Part shown: positions 56,917-64,000 of the stretch, piece after piece
Position numbering within the stretch: the first letter of the stretch is position 1
Layout: each line of letters begins with the position of its first letter
Source of the DNA: a bacterium
GTDB lineage: Bacteria > Electryoneota > RPQS01 > DYHQ01
Assembly: GCA_030622545.1 (NCBI GenBank)
Contig: JAUXGA010000014.1
Span: 5,735-69,734, forward strand
Direction of reading: 5' to 3'
DNA: 64,000 nucleotides
The notes under the pieces: generated by a model
Told to the model about the DNA's origin: nothing
Seen by the model: only the letters and a program-made list of their open reading frames with translations
Databases searched by the model: none
Position numbers and translations under genes: made by a program

Positions 56917-58104
56917 TCAACAGGCGCGTGCGCTTTCTTTCAAATCCTCCCAGCACATCACCTGAAAAGGAGATTCGCGGCGCAATATTTCAGCTTCTTC
57001 TTTTGTGAAAACGAAAACAATCGCGTCTTCCGGTTGGAACTGATTCAAATCAATATTGCCAAGATGTCGCCATTCTTTTTCTTCGCGCCAGTTGTTTTCT
57101 CCGTGACCGCAGCTTTGAAAAAAAGAAATGTCCTGTCCCTGCAAAAACCGGAATTGGTAGTCTTCGCCATAGATAACGCGTCTTGCGCCGAGCGATTCGA
57201 GTTTGCTTTGATTGAGTGCGATGCCATACGGTTCGAAAGTCCATCGAAAAAGACCCGGTCGCCATTTCACGAGCTTTGCCAATTCCCACGGCAGACATTC
57301 CGTCAGCGAAACCACGCCTTTGTCTCCGCGAATGAGCTTGTTCGATGCCATCAAGCGCCGCTGTTTCAGAATGCGTTTCAGCGTGTGGAAACCGCTTCGA
57401 GGGTAGCCGCTTTCCTCTTTATCAAAAGCGGCATAGAAATCAGCTTTCGTCTCGCCCGGCCAGGGAGTAGTCGTTTTTCTCGTCCAATGCGTCAAAGAAT
57501 CCCACGGCAGTACATTGTTCCGCGGATTAGCAATTTCCAAGTTCGAGAAGGGTGATCGTCTCGTTTCTTTCTTATAGGGAATTCTGTTTTCTTCATTCAC
57601 TTTACGGGAAGTTTTGATAACCATTTCGAGGTTTCCGCCGGAGCGAATGGCAACAGGATACAGTGTCTCGGCCAGTGCAACGATCCACGCATCGCGTTTT
57701 GGAAAATCAGAAACCGATTTATAAAAGTTTGGTAAATCCTTCGGGAAAACAAAGAGTGTCTTGTGCGCGTCGAGATGGAAATCCCGCTCAATTTCGGAAG
57801 CAACTTCAGCAGCGTTGTTCTGCGATACATCCGGGACGATGATGATGAGTTTCCCTCCGCAGGCGGCAGCTTTCCATGTCACTAATTCCCATGTAAACAT
57901 CCCGACGCTGGAAAGAATAACGGCGTTACTCTCCACAAGTCCCTGCACGAGATGAAGTGTCTTCCGTATCCAATCAGCGCCGGCGTCAGGGAATTTCCCA
58001 TGACGAGAATTCAGCACTGCCGCTGTACGCTCGAGCAGGTTGGGATTTCCTATGACCGAAACAGTGCCTTGTTCTGGTATGGAAATAGAATCAGAGTTGT
58101 GCAT
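56917..58104 (-). CDS. Hypothetical protein: N-terminal DprA/LOG-like (SLOG-superfamily) Rossmann domain plus uncharacterised C-terminal domain
   Basis: 'VSVIGNPN...NAVILSSVGMFTWELVTWKAAACGGKLIIIVPD...DAWIVALAETLYPVAIRSGGN' parallels DprA 'VAIIGTRRP...GAVIVSGGALGVD...TIMLSP...RNRLVIALSDVVI..SG'. Assignment from pattern recall, not from a search. Confidence 0.4.
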   Translation of the reverse strand: MHNSDSISIPEQGTVSVIGNPNLLERTAAVLNSRHGKFPDAGADWIRKTLHLVQGLVESNAVILSSVGMFTWELVTWKAAACGGKLIIIVPDVSQNNAAEVASEIERDFHLDAHKTLFVFPKDLPNFYKSVSDFPKRDAWIVALAETLYPVAIRSGGNLEMVIKTSRKVNEENRIPYKKETRRSPFSNLEIANPRNNVLPWDSLTHWTRKTTTPWPGETKADFYAAFDKEESGYPRSGFHTLKRILKQRRLMASNKLIRGDKGVVSLTECLPWELAKLVKWRPGLFRWTFEPYGIALNQSKLESLGARRVIYGEDYQFRFLQGQDISFFQSCGHGENNWREEKEWRHLGNIDLNQFQPEDAIVFVFTKEEAEILRRESPFQVMCWEDLKESARAC

Positions 58105-58226
58105 GGAATAAATCAGAAACGAATAGAGAAACTCTTGTGTAGCGGCCCGATGGATTGCCGTCCGTTTATGCTATAAAGATACGACTATCCTCTGGTAAAG
58201 AGCAAGTCTCTCGCTGAATGCAGGCT

Positions 58227-58257
58227 CAAGCGCACTGCCGTGCGGCACTACCAGATT
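58227..58257 (+). repeat. 31-bp direct repeat copy B (caagcgcactgccgtgcggcactaccagatt)
   Basis: See copy A. The two copies bracket exactly the TPR and SLOG genes. Confidence 0.8.
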
Positions 58258-58405
58258 ATAAAATAATCAATGCAACCTTTGTTAAAAGTAATGTCAAAAA
58301 ATGAAAAGAGCGACCTCGCGGTCGCTCTTTGCTTAAATGGCGTAAATCAATTTTTTCATCAAGACGCGATGGCGACAAATTCCCGCGCGCGCGAAATGTG
58401 ATCCT

Positions 58406-58630
58406 CTAATTCGAGCATGAACGCTTCGACATTCCTGCTATGGGGTCGGAAGCCAGTCTCGAGACTTCCATCGCAATATGCGGAAGTATCGGGAGGTCAC
58501 CTGCCCGCGCAATAGCTTCCTTCATGCGCTCCAGATTTGCATTGAGGCTTCCTGTGTGAGATTCATTTAACGGAGAAACTTTTAGTTTTTCAGGGGCGGG
58601 AGAATCCATCATTCGATTTATCCTTTTCAC
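58406..58630 (-). CDS. Small hypothetical protein (74 aa) co-transcribed with CheW-like gene
   Basis: 4-nt start/stop overlap with the upstream CheW gene. No recognisable motif. Confidence 0.35.
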   Translation of the reverse strand: MKRINRMMDSPAPEKLKVSPLNESHTGSLNANLERMKEAIARAGDLPILPHIAMEVSRLASDPIAGMSKRSCSN

Positions 58631-59100
58631 CTTTCAAAATATTCACCCGAATAGCTCTCATCCAACCCGTCTATCAGCCTTTCGAAATCAGGCAAAAGCA
58701 GGTTGCATCCGGGGACAACCGCCGAAATATACTCAGGATGTCCCTTGGATGGAGGCATCACAGCACCGGGAGGCAGTTTAATGACTTCATGGAGTTTATC
58801 CACCAGCATACCGACCAGACCCTTGCTTGTTTGCATGACAAGAATACGCATATCTTCATCGAGACGCCGGGGAGCGATTCCCAGAAGACAACGCAAATTT
58901 ATCACGGGCACGCGCAAATCGCGAAGATACAATTCTCCTTCGACATATTCCGGCAAATCCGGTGTGGGTATAATCGGATACGCCCAACAGATGGCTTGAA
59001 TTTCCTCGACATCGGCAGCGAAATTCATTTCCTCAAGCTGGAAATGAACCACTCGCATCTCCCCACTGTGCAAAATCGCTGTCGGAGCTAACAAGTTCAT
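58627..59100 (-). CDS. CheW-like domain protein (orphan)
   Basis: 'VPVINLRCLLG' and 'GMLVDKLHEVIKLPP' match CheW core (..PV.DLR..FG.. / ..VD.V.EV..I). No cheA, mcp or cheY genes in the window. Confidence 0.7.
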   Translation of the reverse strand: MNLLAPTAILHSGEMRVVHFQLEEMNFAADVEEIQAICWAYPIIPTPDLPEYVEGELYLRDLRVPVINLRCLLGIAPRRLDEDMRILVMQTSKGLVGMLVDKLHEVIKLPPGAVMPPSKGHPEYISAVVPGCNLLLPDFERLIDGLDESYSGEYFER

Positions 59101-59183
59101 AAAGTCTCCTTAAAATTATCTATACGATATGATATAACCTGAATCGAGCTTCTGCCGCATAGCGGAAGCCCGAAACCGGAGCA

Positions 59184-59471
59184 TTAAGAGACTTTCGCTT
59201 TCCTTTCCAAACCCGCCAAGAGCCGCAGAGCAATCCGATTCGGCTGGGATTTCCCGTTTTCCCAACGATTTACCGTTGAGAAGGTAACGCCGATCATATG
59301 GGCAAAATCTTCCTGAGTCAGGCGCAGCCGTTGCCTCAAATCGCGGATGCGTGACGGTTCCATGTCTAAACGTTCCAAAGCCTTATCCTCCATTTCGTTC
59401 TTTAAGAGTGCGATAGAATACTCGATAGGTTTGAGCAAAAGCCGTGCCTTGTGTAAGTGGATGCTTTTCAA
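59184..59471 (-). CDS. XRE-family helix-turn-helix transcriptional regulator
   Basis: 'LRLTQEDFAHMIGVTFSTVNRWENGKSQP' HTH_3 signature. Possible internal start at MEDKALERL (59393). Confidence 0.7.
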   Translation of the reverse strand: MKSIHLHKARLLLKPIEYSIALLKNEMEDKALERLDMEPSRIRDLRQRLRLTQEDFAHMIGVTFSTVNRWENGKSQPNRIALRLLAGLERKAKVS

Positions 59472-59610
59472 GGCGATTTTTCCTAATTCCGGTTCACAAT
59501 CTTCCTTTCAAGTCATACCATGCAGCCGTAATCTCCATTCAACGCTTTTGAACTTGCAACAATGCTGTAATAAATGGTATATTTAAAAGATATATACCGG
59601 AAGCGTCCCC

Positions 59611-60426
59611 ATGAAACTTAGCTTTAAAAAATACCACGGGCTGGGAAACGATTTTATCATCCTGGACGGTCGCGCTGAAACTCCAGCGCTCGACCCGGAG
59701 CAAATTCTTACGCTTTGCGACCGGCATCGCGGCATCGGCGCTGATGGCGTTCTAATTCTTCAAGCAGGCCAAAAAGCGCCTTATCGGATGGTGCTGTATA
59801 ACGCTGACGGCAGCCCGGCGGAAGTCTCCGGCAATGGCTTGCGCTGCTTCGCGCTTTTCCTCCGAGACATCGGCGAGGACGTCTCGGGTTCAATCCGCAT
59901 CGAAACAGGACTGGATATTTCCGAAGTCGAAATCGTGCAGGACACTCTTGTTCGAGTGCAAATGCCGCGCCCGAATTTCCTCATCAAACCTCCAATGAAA
60001 CCCAAAACGCAGACATTGGACGTGGAGGGGCAATCTTTCGAAGTGCTGTTGCTTTCCGTGGGCAATCCGCATTGTGTTATTTTCGGGCCCCTGCGCGATG
60101 AAATTTTCGTCCGAACCTATGGCCCCTTAATCGAAAAAGATAATATTTTTCCCGCGGGCACGAATGTGGAATTCGCGCATATTACCAGCCGGAATTCCTG
60201 CCAGCTTACTGTTTGGGAGCGAGGGGCAGGTTTGACGCTCGCCTGCGGGTCCGGCGCGGCGGCAACGGTCTGCGCAGGCGCAGCCCTCGGTAAGCTGCAA
60301 TCCGGCGCTCCGGTTACTGTCACTCAAGCCGGCGGAGATTTAAACGTCACCGTGAATCCCGACTTTTCACAAGTCACTCTCGAAGGCCCGGCGCAGTTTG
60401 TTTTTAGTGGAAAAATCGTCATCTAA
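59611..60426 (+). CDS. dapF: Diaminopimelate epimerase
   Basis: 'YHGLGNDFIIL', 'NADGSPAEVSGNGLRCF' and 'SVGNPHCV' (two catalytic Cys). Confidence 0.93.
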   Translation: MKLSFKKYHGLGNDFIILDGRAETPALDPEQILTLCDRHRGIGADGVLILQAGQKAPYRMVLYNADGSPAEVSGNGLRCFALFLRDIGEDVSGSIRIETGLDISEVEIVQDTLVRVQMPRPNFLIKPPMKPKTQTLDVEGQSFEVLLLSVGNPHCVIFGPLRDEIFVRTYGPLIEKDNIFPAGTNVEFAHITSRNSCQLTVWERGAGLTLACGSGAAATVCAGAALGKLQSGAPVTVTQAGGDLNVTVNPDFSQVTLEGPAQFVFSGKIVI

Positions 60427-60530
60427 CCTTCGATATATGAAATGAAAAAGTTTATCTATGCGATTGTCCTCGCACGCATCGGAACGGAATCCCGACGCGA
60501 ACCAACAACGAAAAAGAAAATCAAAACAGC

Positions 60531-63389
60531 ATGACACCACCACCAATCATTAAAGACCTCGCCAACCGCTTCGAAAACAACCGCGACGCCTATCATTCAT
60601 CCGGGTATAATGAAACGCAACTGCGCCGGGAATTTCTCGACCCGTTTTTCAAGGCGCTCGGCTGGGATGTGGACAACGAACAGGGCTACTCGGAAGCCTA
60701 CAAAGATGTCATCCACGAGGATCAAATCAAAGTCGGCGGTGGAACGAAAGCGCCCGACTACTGCTTCCGCATCGGCGGCACGCGCAAATTCTTCGTGGAA
60801 GCGAAGAAACCTGCTGTTAATCTAAAAGAAGACGTCAGCCCCGCGTTTCAATTGCGCCGCTATGCGTGGTCGGCCAAGCTACCGCTGTCGATTCTCACCG
60901 ATTTCGAGGAATTCGCTGTCTATGATTGCCGCGTCCGGCCAGACAAAACCGACAAAGCCTCCGCCCACCGCGTCATGTATTTCCGATATGACGAATATCT
61001 CGAGAAATGGGATGAGATTGTCGGTATTTTCTCGCGCGAAGAAGTGCTCAAGGGTTCCTTCGACAAATACGCCGAATCCATGCGCCGCAAAAAAGGCACG
61101 GCGGAAGTGGATGCGGCTTTCTTGAGTGAAATCGAAACATGGCGAAATGAACTCGCGCGTAACTTAGCGCTGCGCAACAAAGACTTAAGCCAGCGCGAAC
61201 TCAACTTCGCCGTATCACGAACGATAGATAGGATTATTTTCCTGCGCGTATGTGAAGACCGCGGCATCGAACCCTACGGTCAACTTCAAGAGCTCCTAAG
61301 TAAAAAAGATGTGTACCCGCAGCTCTTCGATATTTTCCGTCGTGCCGATGAACGCTACAACTCCGGTCTGTTTTATTTTAAGAAGGAAAAGGAGCGCCCA
61401 GGGCCGCCGGATGAACTGACGCCATCGCTCACTCTTGACGACAAGAAACTCAAAGACATCATCAGGAGTCTCTACTATCCCGACAGTCCATACGAGTTTT
61501 CAGTCCTGCCTGCGGATATTTTGGGGCAGGTTTACGAGCAATTCCTCGGTAAAGTTATCCGCCTGACGAAAGGGCATCAAGCCAAAGTCGAGGACAAGCC
61601 CGAAGTCAAGAAAGCAGGCGGAGTCTATTACACGCCGACCTATATCGTGGACTACATCGTCAAGCACACCGTCGGGAAGCTGCTCGAAGACAAAACGCCC
61701 AAGCAAGCGGCAAAGCTGCGGATTCTGGACCCGGCGTGCGGTTCCGGCTCGTTCCTCATCGGCGCGTATCAATACCTGCTCGACTGGCACCTGAAATACT
61801 ATGAAGAAGACGGACCCGCGAAACACCGCAAACAGATTTATCAGGTGAAAAAGGGCGAATGGCGGCTGACGACAGCCGAGCGCAAGCGCATTTTGTTGAA
61901 CAATATCTACGGCGTGGACATTGACCCGCAGGCAGTGGAAGTGACAAAGCTGTCACTCCTGCTGAAAGTGCTCGAAGGCGAGTCGCGCGACACGATTGAA
62001 TCGCAGCTTCGCATGTTCCGCGAGCGCGCCCTGCCCGATTTGAGTTCGAACATCAAGTGCGGCAATTCCCTCATCGGCCCGGACTTCTACGAGCACGAAC
62101 AGATGACACTCCTTGACGACGAGGAACGCTACCGTATCAACGCCTTCGACTGGCAAACCGAGTTCGCCAACATCATGAAAGCCGGTGGCTTCGATGCGGT
62201 GATTGGCAATCCGCCGTATGGAGCATCCGTGTTGTTGAATGAGACTACTTATCTCAGAAATGAATTCAAAGATGCATCGCAATCTCTCGACTCTTTCGAA
62301 TTGTTTCTTGTGAAGGCATCTCGGCTCTTGAAGCAATCTGGGCGTTTATCGATGATTATCCCGGCCTCATGGTTAACAGGAGATAACTATGTTGCCAGCC
62401 GCAAATCACTTATCGCTTGCCTAAATCCCATCGTGGCTTACGCAATGCCGTTTGATGTATTTAAAGCTGCATATATCGATACTGCAATCGTGGTGTTTGT
62501 TAAGGATGATGGTTATGAACAGTGCCTAGTTCATTATTTTCCAAAGAAGGACAAACTCGCATTTGTCCCAGCTGAAATTGGAACTGAAGTCCCCATTGAT
62601 AATATTCGCTCAGATAACTTGTTTAGAATATCAACAATCTTGTCAAAGAATGCAGCTCCTATCTTAGATAAACTTAAATCGTGTTCATATACGTTCGGAG
62701 ATTGGTTCATAATTCAGCGCGGTGTGCAACCATATAGTCGGAAGAAACACTCTGAAAAGCAGATTAAACAAAGATTCCTTCATGCCAAGTCTGAATTGAC
62801 GAAGGATCATTTACCTGAACTTCAGGGAAGCGAGCTATCAAGATATTGGGTTTCTCCCAAGAGGATGTCATTCATCCATTTTTGCGACGAAATCGCCTCC
62901 CTTCGGTTAAAGCGAATGTTTGAAGGCAAGAGAATTGTACTTAGACGGCTTATCACCAGGAAGTTCCGACTGCAGGCAAGTAAAGTGAAAGAAACGATGG
63001 TGACGACAGACAATGTCCTTAACATGATACCGAAAAGCGAAGAAGCTGATGTCGGATTTGCGCTAGGGATTTTGAACTCAAATCTCGTATCTTGGTATTA
63101 TGTGAACAAATCAATGGTTGCCCAAAAAGATGATTTTCCACAGGTACATATATCTGCTCTGGCGAATTTACCAATTCCAGTAGCTGACAAAGCGCGGCAT
63201 GACAAGATGGTGAAGTTGGTGGAGCGGATGCTCAAACTGAATCGCGAGCTTCAAAAGGCGAAGACGCCGGATGAAAAGACGCGGCTCGAACGGCAAATCA
63301 CCGCCACCGACCGGCAGATTGATAAGCTCGTGTATGAATTGTATAGCCTAACCGAGGATGAGATTAAGATTGTGGAAGGGGGAGGATGA
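60531..63389 (+). CDS. Type IIG restriction-modification enzyme (Eco57I-family N6-adenine MTase with N-terminal PD-(D/E)xK nuclease domain and C-terminal TRD)
   Basis: N-terminal 'DYCFRIGGTRKFFVEAKKP' nuclease motif. 'ILDPACGSGSFLIGAY' motif I. 'IYGVDIDPQAVEVTKLSLLLK'. 'VIGNPPYGAS' motif IV. AT-richer C-terminal third. Confidence 0.9.
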   Translation: MTPPPIIKDLANRFENNRDAYHSSGYNETQLRREFLDPFFKALGWDVDNEQGYSEAYKDVIHEDQIKVGGGTKAPDYCFRIGGTRKFFVEAKKPAVNLKEDVSPAFQLRRYAWSAKLPLSILTDFEEFAVYDCRVRPDKTDKASAHRVMYFRYDEYLEKWDEIVGIFSREEVLKGSFDKYAESMRRKKGTAEVDAAFLSEIETWRNELARNLALRNKDLSQRELNFAVSRTIDRIIFLRVCEDRGIEPYGQLQELLSKKDVYPQLFDIFRRADERYNSGLFYFKKEKERPGPPDELTPSLTLDDKKLKDIIRSLYYPDSPYEFSVLPADILGQVYEQFLGKVIRLTKGHQAKVEDKPEVKKAGGVYYTPTYIVDYIVKHTVGKLLEDKTPKQAAKLRILDPACGSGSFLIGAYQYLLDWHLKYYEEDGPAKHRKQIYQVKKGEWRLTTAERKRILLNNIYGVDIDPQAVEVTKLSLLLKVLEGESRDTIESQLRMFRERALPDLSSNIKCGNSLIGPDFYEHEQMTLLDDEERYRINAFDWQTEFANIMKAGGFDAVIGNPPYGASVLLNETTYLRNEFKDASQSLDSFELFLVKASRLLKQSGRLSMIIPASWLTGDNYVASRKSLIACLNPIVAYAMPFDVFKAAYIDTAIVVFVKDDGYEQCLVHYFPKKDKLAFVPAEIGTEVPIDNIRSDNLFRISTILSKNAAPILDKLKSCSYTFGDWFIIQRGVQPYSRKKHSEKQIKQRFLHAKSELTKDHLPELQGSELSRYWVSPKRMSFIHFCDEIASLRLKRMFEGKRIVLRRLITRKFRLQASKVKETMVTTDNVLNMIPKSEEADVGFALGILNSNLVSWYYVNKSMVAQKDDFPQVHISALANLPIPVADKARHDKMVKLVERMLKLNRELQKAKTPDEKTRLERQITATDRQIDKLVYELYSLTEDEIKIVEGGG

Positions 63390-63408
63390 TTCTTAGAACC
63401 CCTTCTAA

Positions 63409-63593
63409 CTTCCCCTACTGAAGCAGGGGAAGAATATGTGGCATCCCCCTACTTCAGTAGGGGGATAACAGGGGGTTTAACGGCCGCTTCGCACGGCGCG
63501 ACACCATGAATTGCATTGTAGGGGCGGACCCACGTGTCCGCCCGCGATGGATACACAAAAATAAACGGGCGCACACGTGGGAGCGCCCCTACG
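63409..63593. promoter_or_regulatory. Cluster of GC-rich palindromes in the RM-dapL intergenic region
   Basis: ttcccct-actgaagc-aggggaa (63409-30). ccccctac-ttca-gtaggggg (63444-63). gggcggac-ccacgt-gtccgccc (63521-42). gggcgc-...cacgtg...-gcgccc (63566-87). Repeated 'cccctac' and 'cacgtg' cores. Confidence 0.5.
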
Positions 63594-63631
63594 CGGATTT
63601 CTATCATCACAAATAAAATAGTTTCCCTGCC

Positions 63632-64000
63632 ATGTCCCCTCCAATCAAACCCCGCCATGCGCACCGGCTGAATGCGCTGCCGCCGTATCCGTTCGCGGAG
63701 CTTGAACGCAAAATTTCTGAAAAACAAGCGCGCGGAGACGATGTCATTAATCTTGGTATCGGTGATCCGGATTTGCCACCGCCGGATTTTTTTACCGAAT
63801 CACTCCAGCGACACGCCGCCGATGCTGACGCGCATTTTTATCCGACGTCGCAGGGAAATCCTGAAGTGCGAAAGGAAATCGCGCGCTTTTTCCAAGGTCG
63901 CTTCGGTGTCGAACTGAATCCCGACACTCAAATCTGCGTCGTCATCGGCGCGAAAGAAGGTTTGACGAATTTAGGACGCGCGTATGTGAATCCTGTCGAA
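63632..64000 (+). CDS. dapL: LL-diaminopimelate aminotransferase-like class I aminotransferase (5' partial, continues beyond window)
   Basis: Starts MSPPIKPRHAHRLNALPPYPFAELERKISE...DVINLGIGDPDLPPPDFF. N-terminal pattern typical of DapL-type aminotransferases. Not in the track because it runs off the window end. Coordinates about +/-1. Confidence 0.6.
   Translation, partial: MSPPIKPRHAHRLNALPPYPFAELERKISEKQARGDDVINLGIGDPDLPPPDFFTESLQRHAADADAHFYPTSQGNPEVRKEIARFFQGRFGVELNPDTQICVVIGAKEGLTNLGRAYVNPVE

Noticed and set aside
58227-58257. Direct repeat as a tRNA-derived att site
   Set aside because: The repeat lacks any tRNA 3'-end features (T-loop GTTCRANYC, CCA). No tRNA gene was recognised in the window and no integrase is present.

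Overview
This 64-kb window is from a high-GC (roughly 55-60%) bacterium. Coding is dense and mostly operonic, and the segment looks like part of a metagenome-assembled genome. Two proteins end in T9SS (Por) C-terminal sorting domains (44575..45954 and 6368..11542), and the metabolism looks anaerobic. I therefore place the organism in the Bacteroidota-related FCB group. I recognised no rRNA, tRNA or CRISPR array, but I could not run a systematic tRNA or ncRNA scan.

Main content, in window order:
- **Left edge (1..1857, minus):** a partial fusion of an HsdR-N nuclease-like domain and an N6-adenine methyltransferase (Type IIG-like). It is missing from the ORF track because it runs off the window edge.
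- **2.0-6.2 kb:** tyrA, an Rrf2 regulator, a GHKL ATPase and an AlaDH/PNT-family dehydrogenase.
- **6368..11542:** a 1724-aa secreted protein with beta-propeller-like repeats, two parallel beta-helix arrays and a T9SS C-terminal domain.
- **11.7-19.7 kb:** a redox cluster made of an [FeFe]-hydrogenase-family protein with variant H-cluster motifs, a zinc-ribbon protein, NuoE-like and NuoF-like subunits, and a 1269-aa NuoG-like::GltD-like fusion. This resembles HydABC/Stn-type flavin-based electron-bifurcating modules.
- **polA and an amidohydrolase.**
- **Two lysine-rich (KKAT)n histone-H1-like genes,** one fused to a SWIB/MDM2 domain, bracketing an MFS transporter.
- **ftsB-eno, M1 aminopeptidase, YhaM-like HD exoribonuclease, FadL-like OMP plus a Tyr/Gly/Trp-rich lipoprotein, argF, a Fic protein, an aminotransferase, a WG-repeat lipoprotein, rsmB-PASTA and an RRM protein** that may have a structured leader or sRNA.
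- **46.0-49.7 kb:** a corrinoid methyl-transfer operon. It holds an MttB-family methyltransferase, a MetH-activation-like protein, a homocysteine-binding methyltransferase domain and a corrinoid protein, which together look like a disaggregated MetH-like system.
- **49.7-53.1 kb:** a low-GC restriction-modification (R-M) islet with a PD-(D/E)xK endonuclease candidate and an MTase::TRD fusion.
- **GNAT and YkoF genes.**
- **54.1-58.3 kb:** a two-gene module (TPR-gluzincin plus a DprA/LOG-like SLOG-domain protein) bounded by 31-bp direct repeats.
- **An orphan CheW with an XRE regulator.**
- **60.5-63.4 kb:** dapF, then an Eco57I-family Type IIG R-M enzyme apparently inserted between dapF and dapL.

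My best candidates for a novel system are the repeat-bounded TPR/SLOG module inside an R-M-rich neighbourhood, the disaggregated corrinoid methyl-transfer system, and the hydrogenase-like/NuoEF/GltD-fusion cluster.
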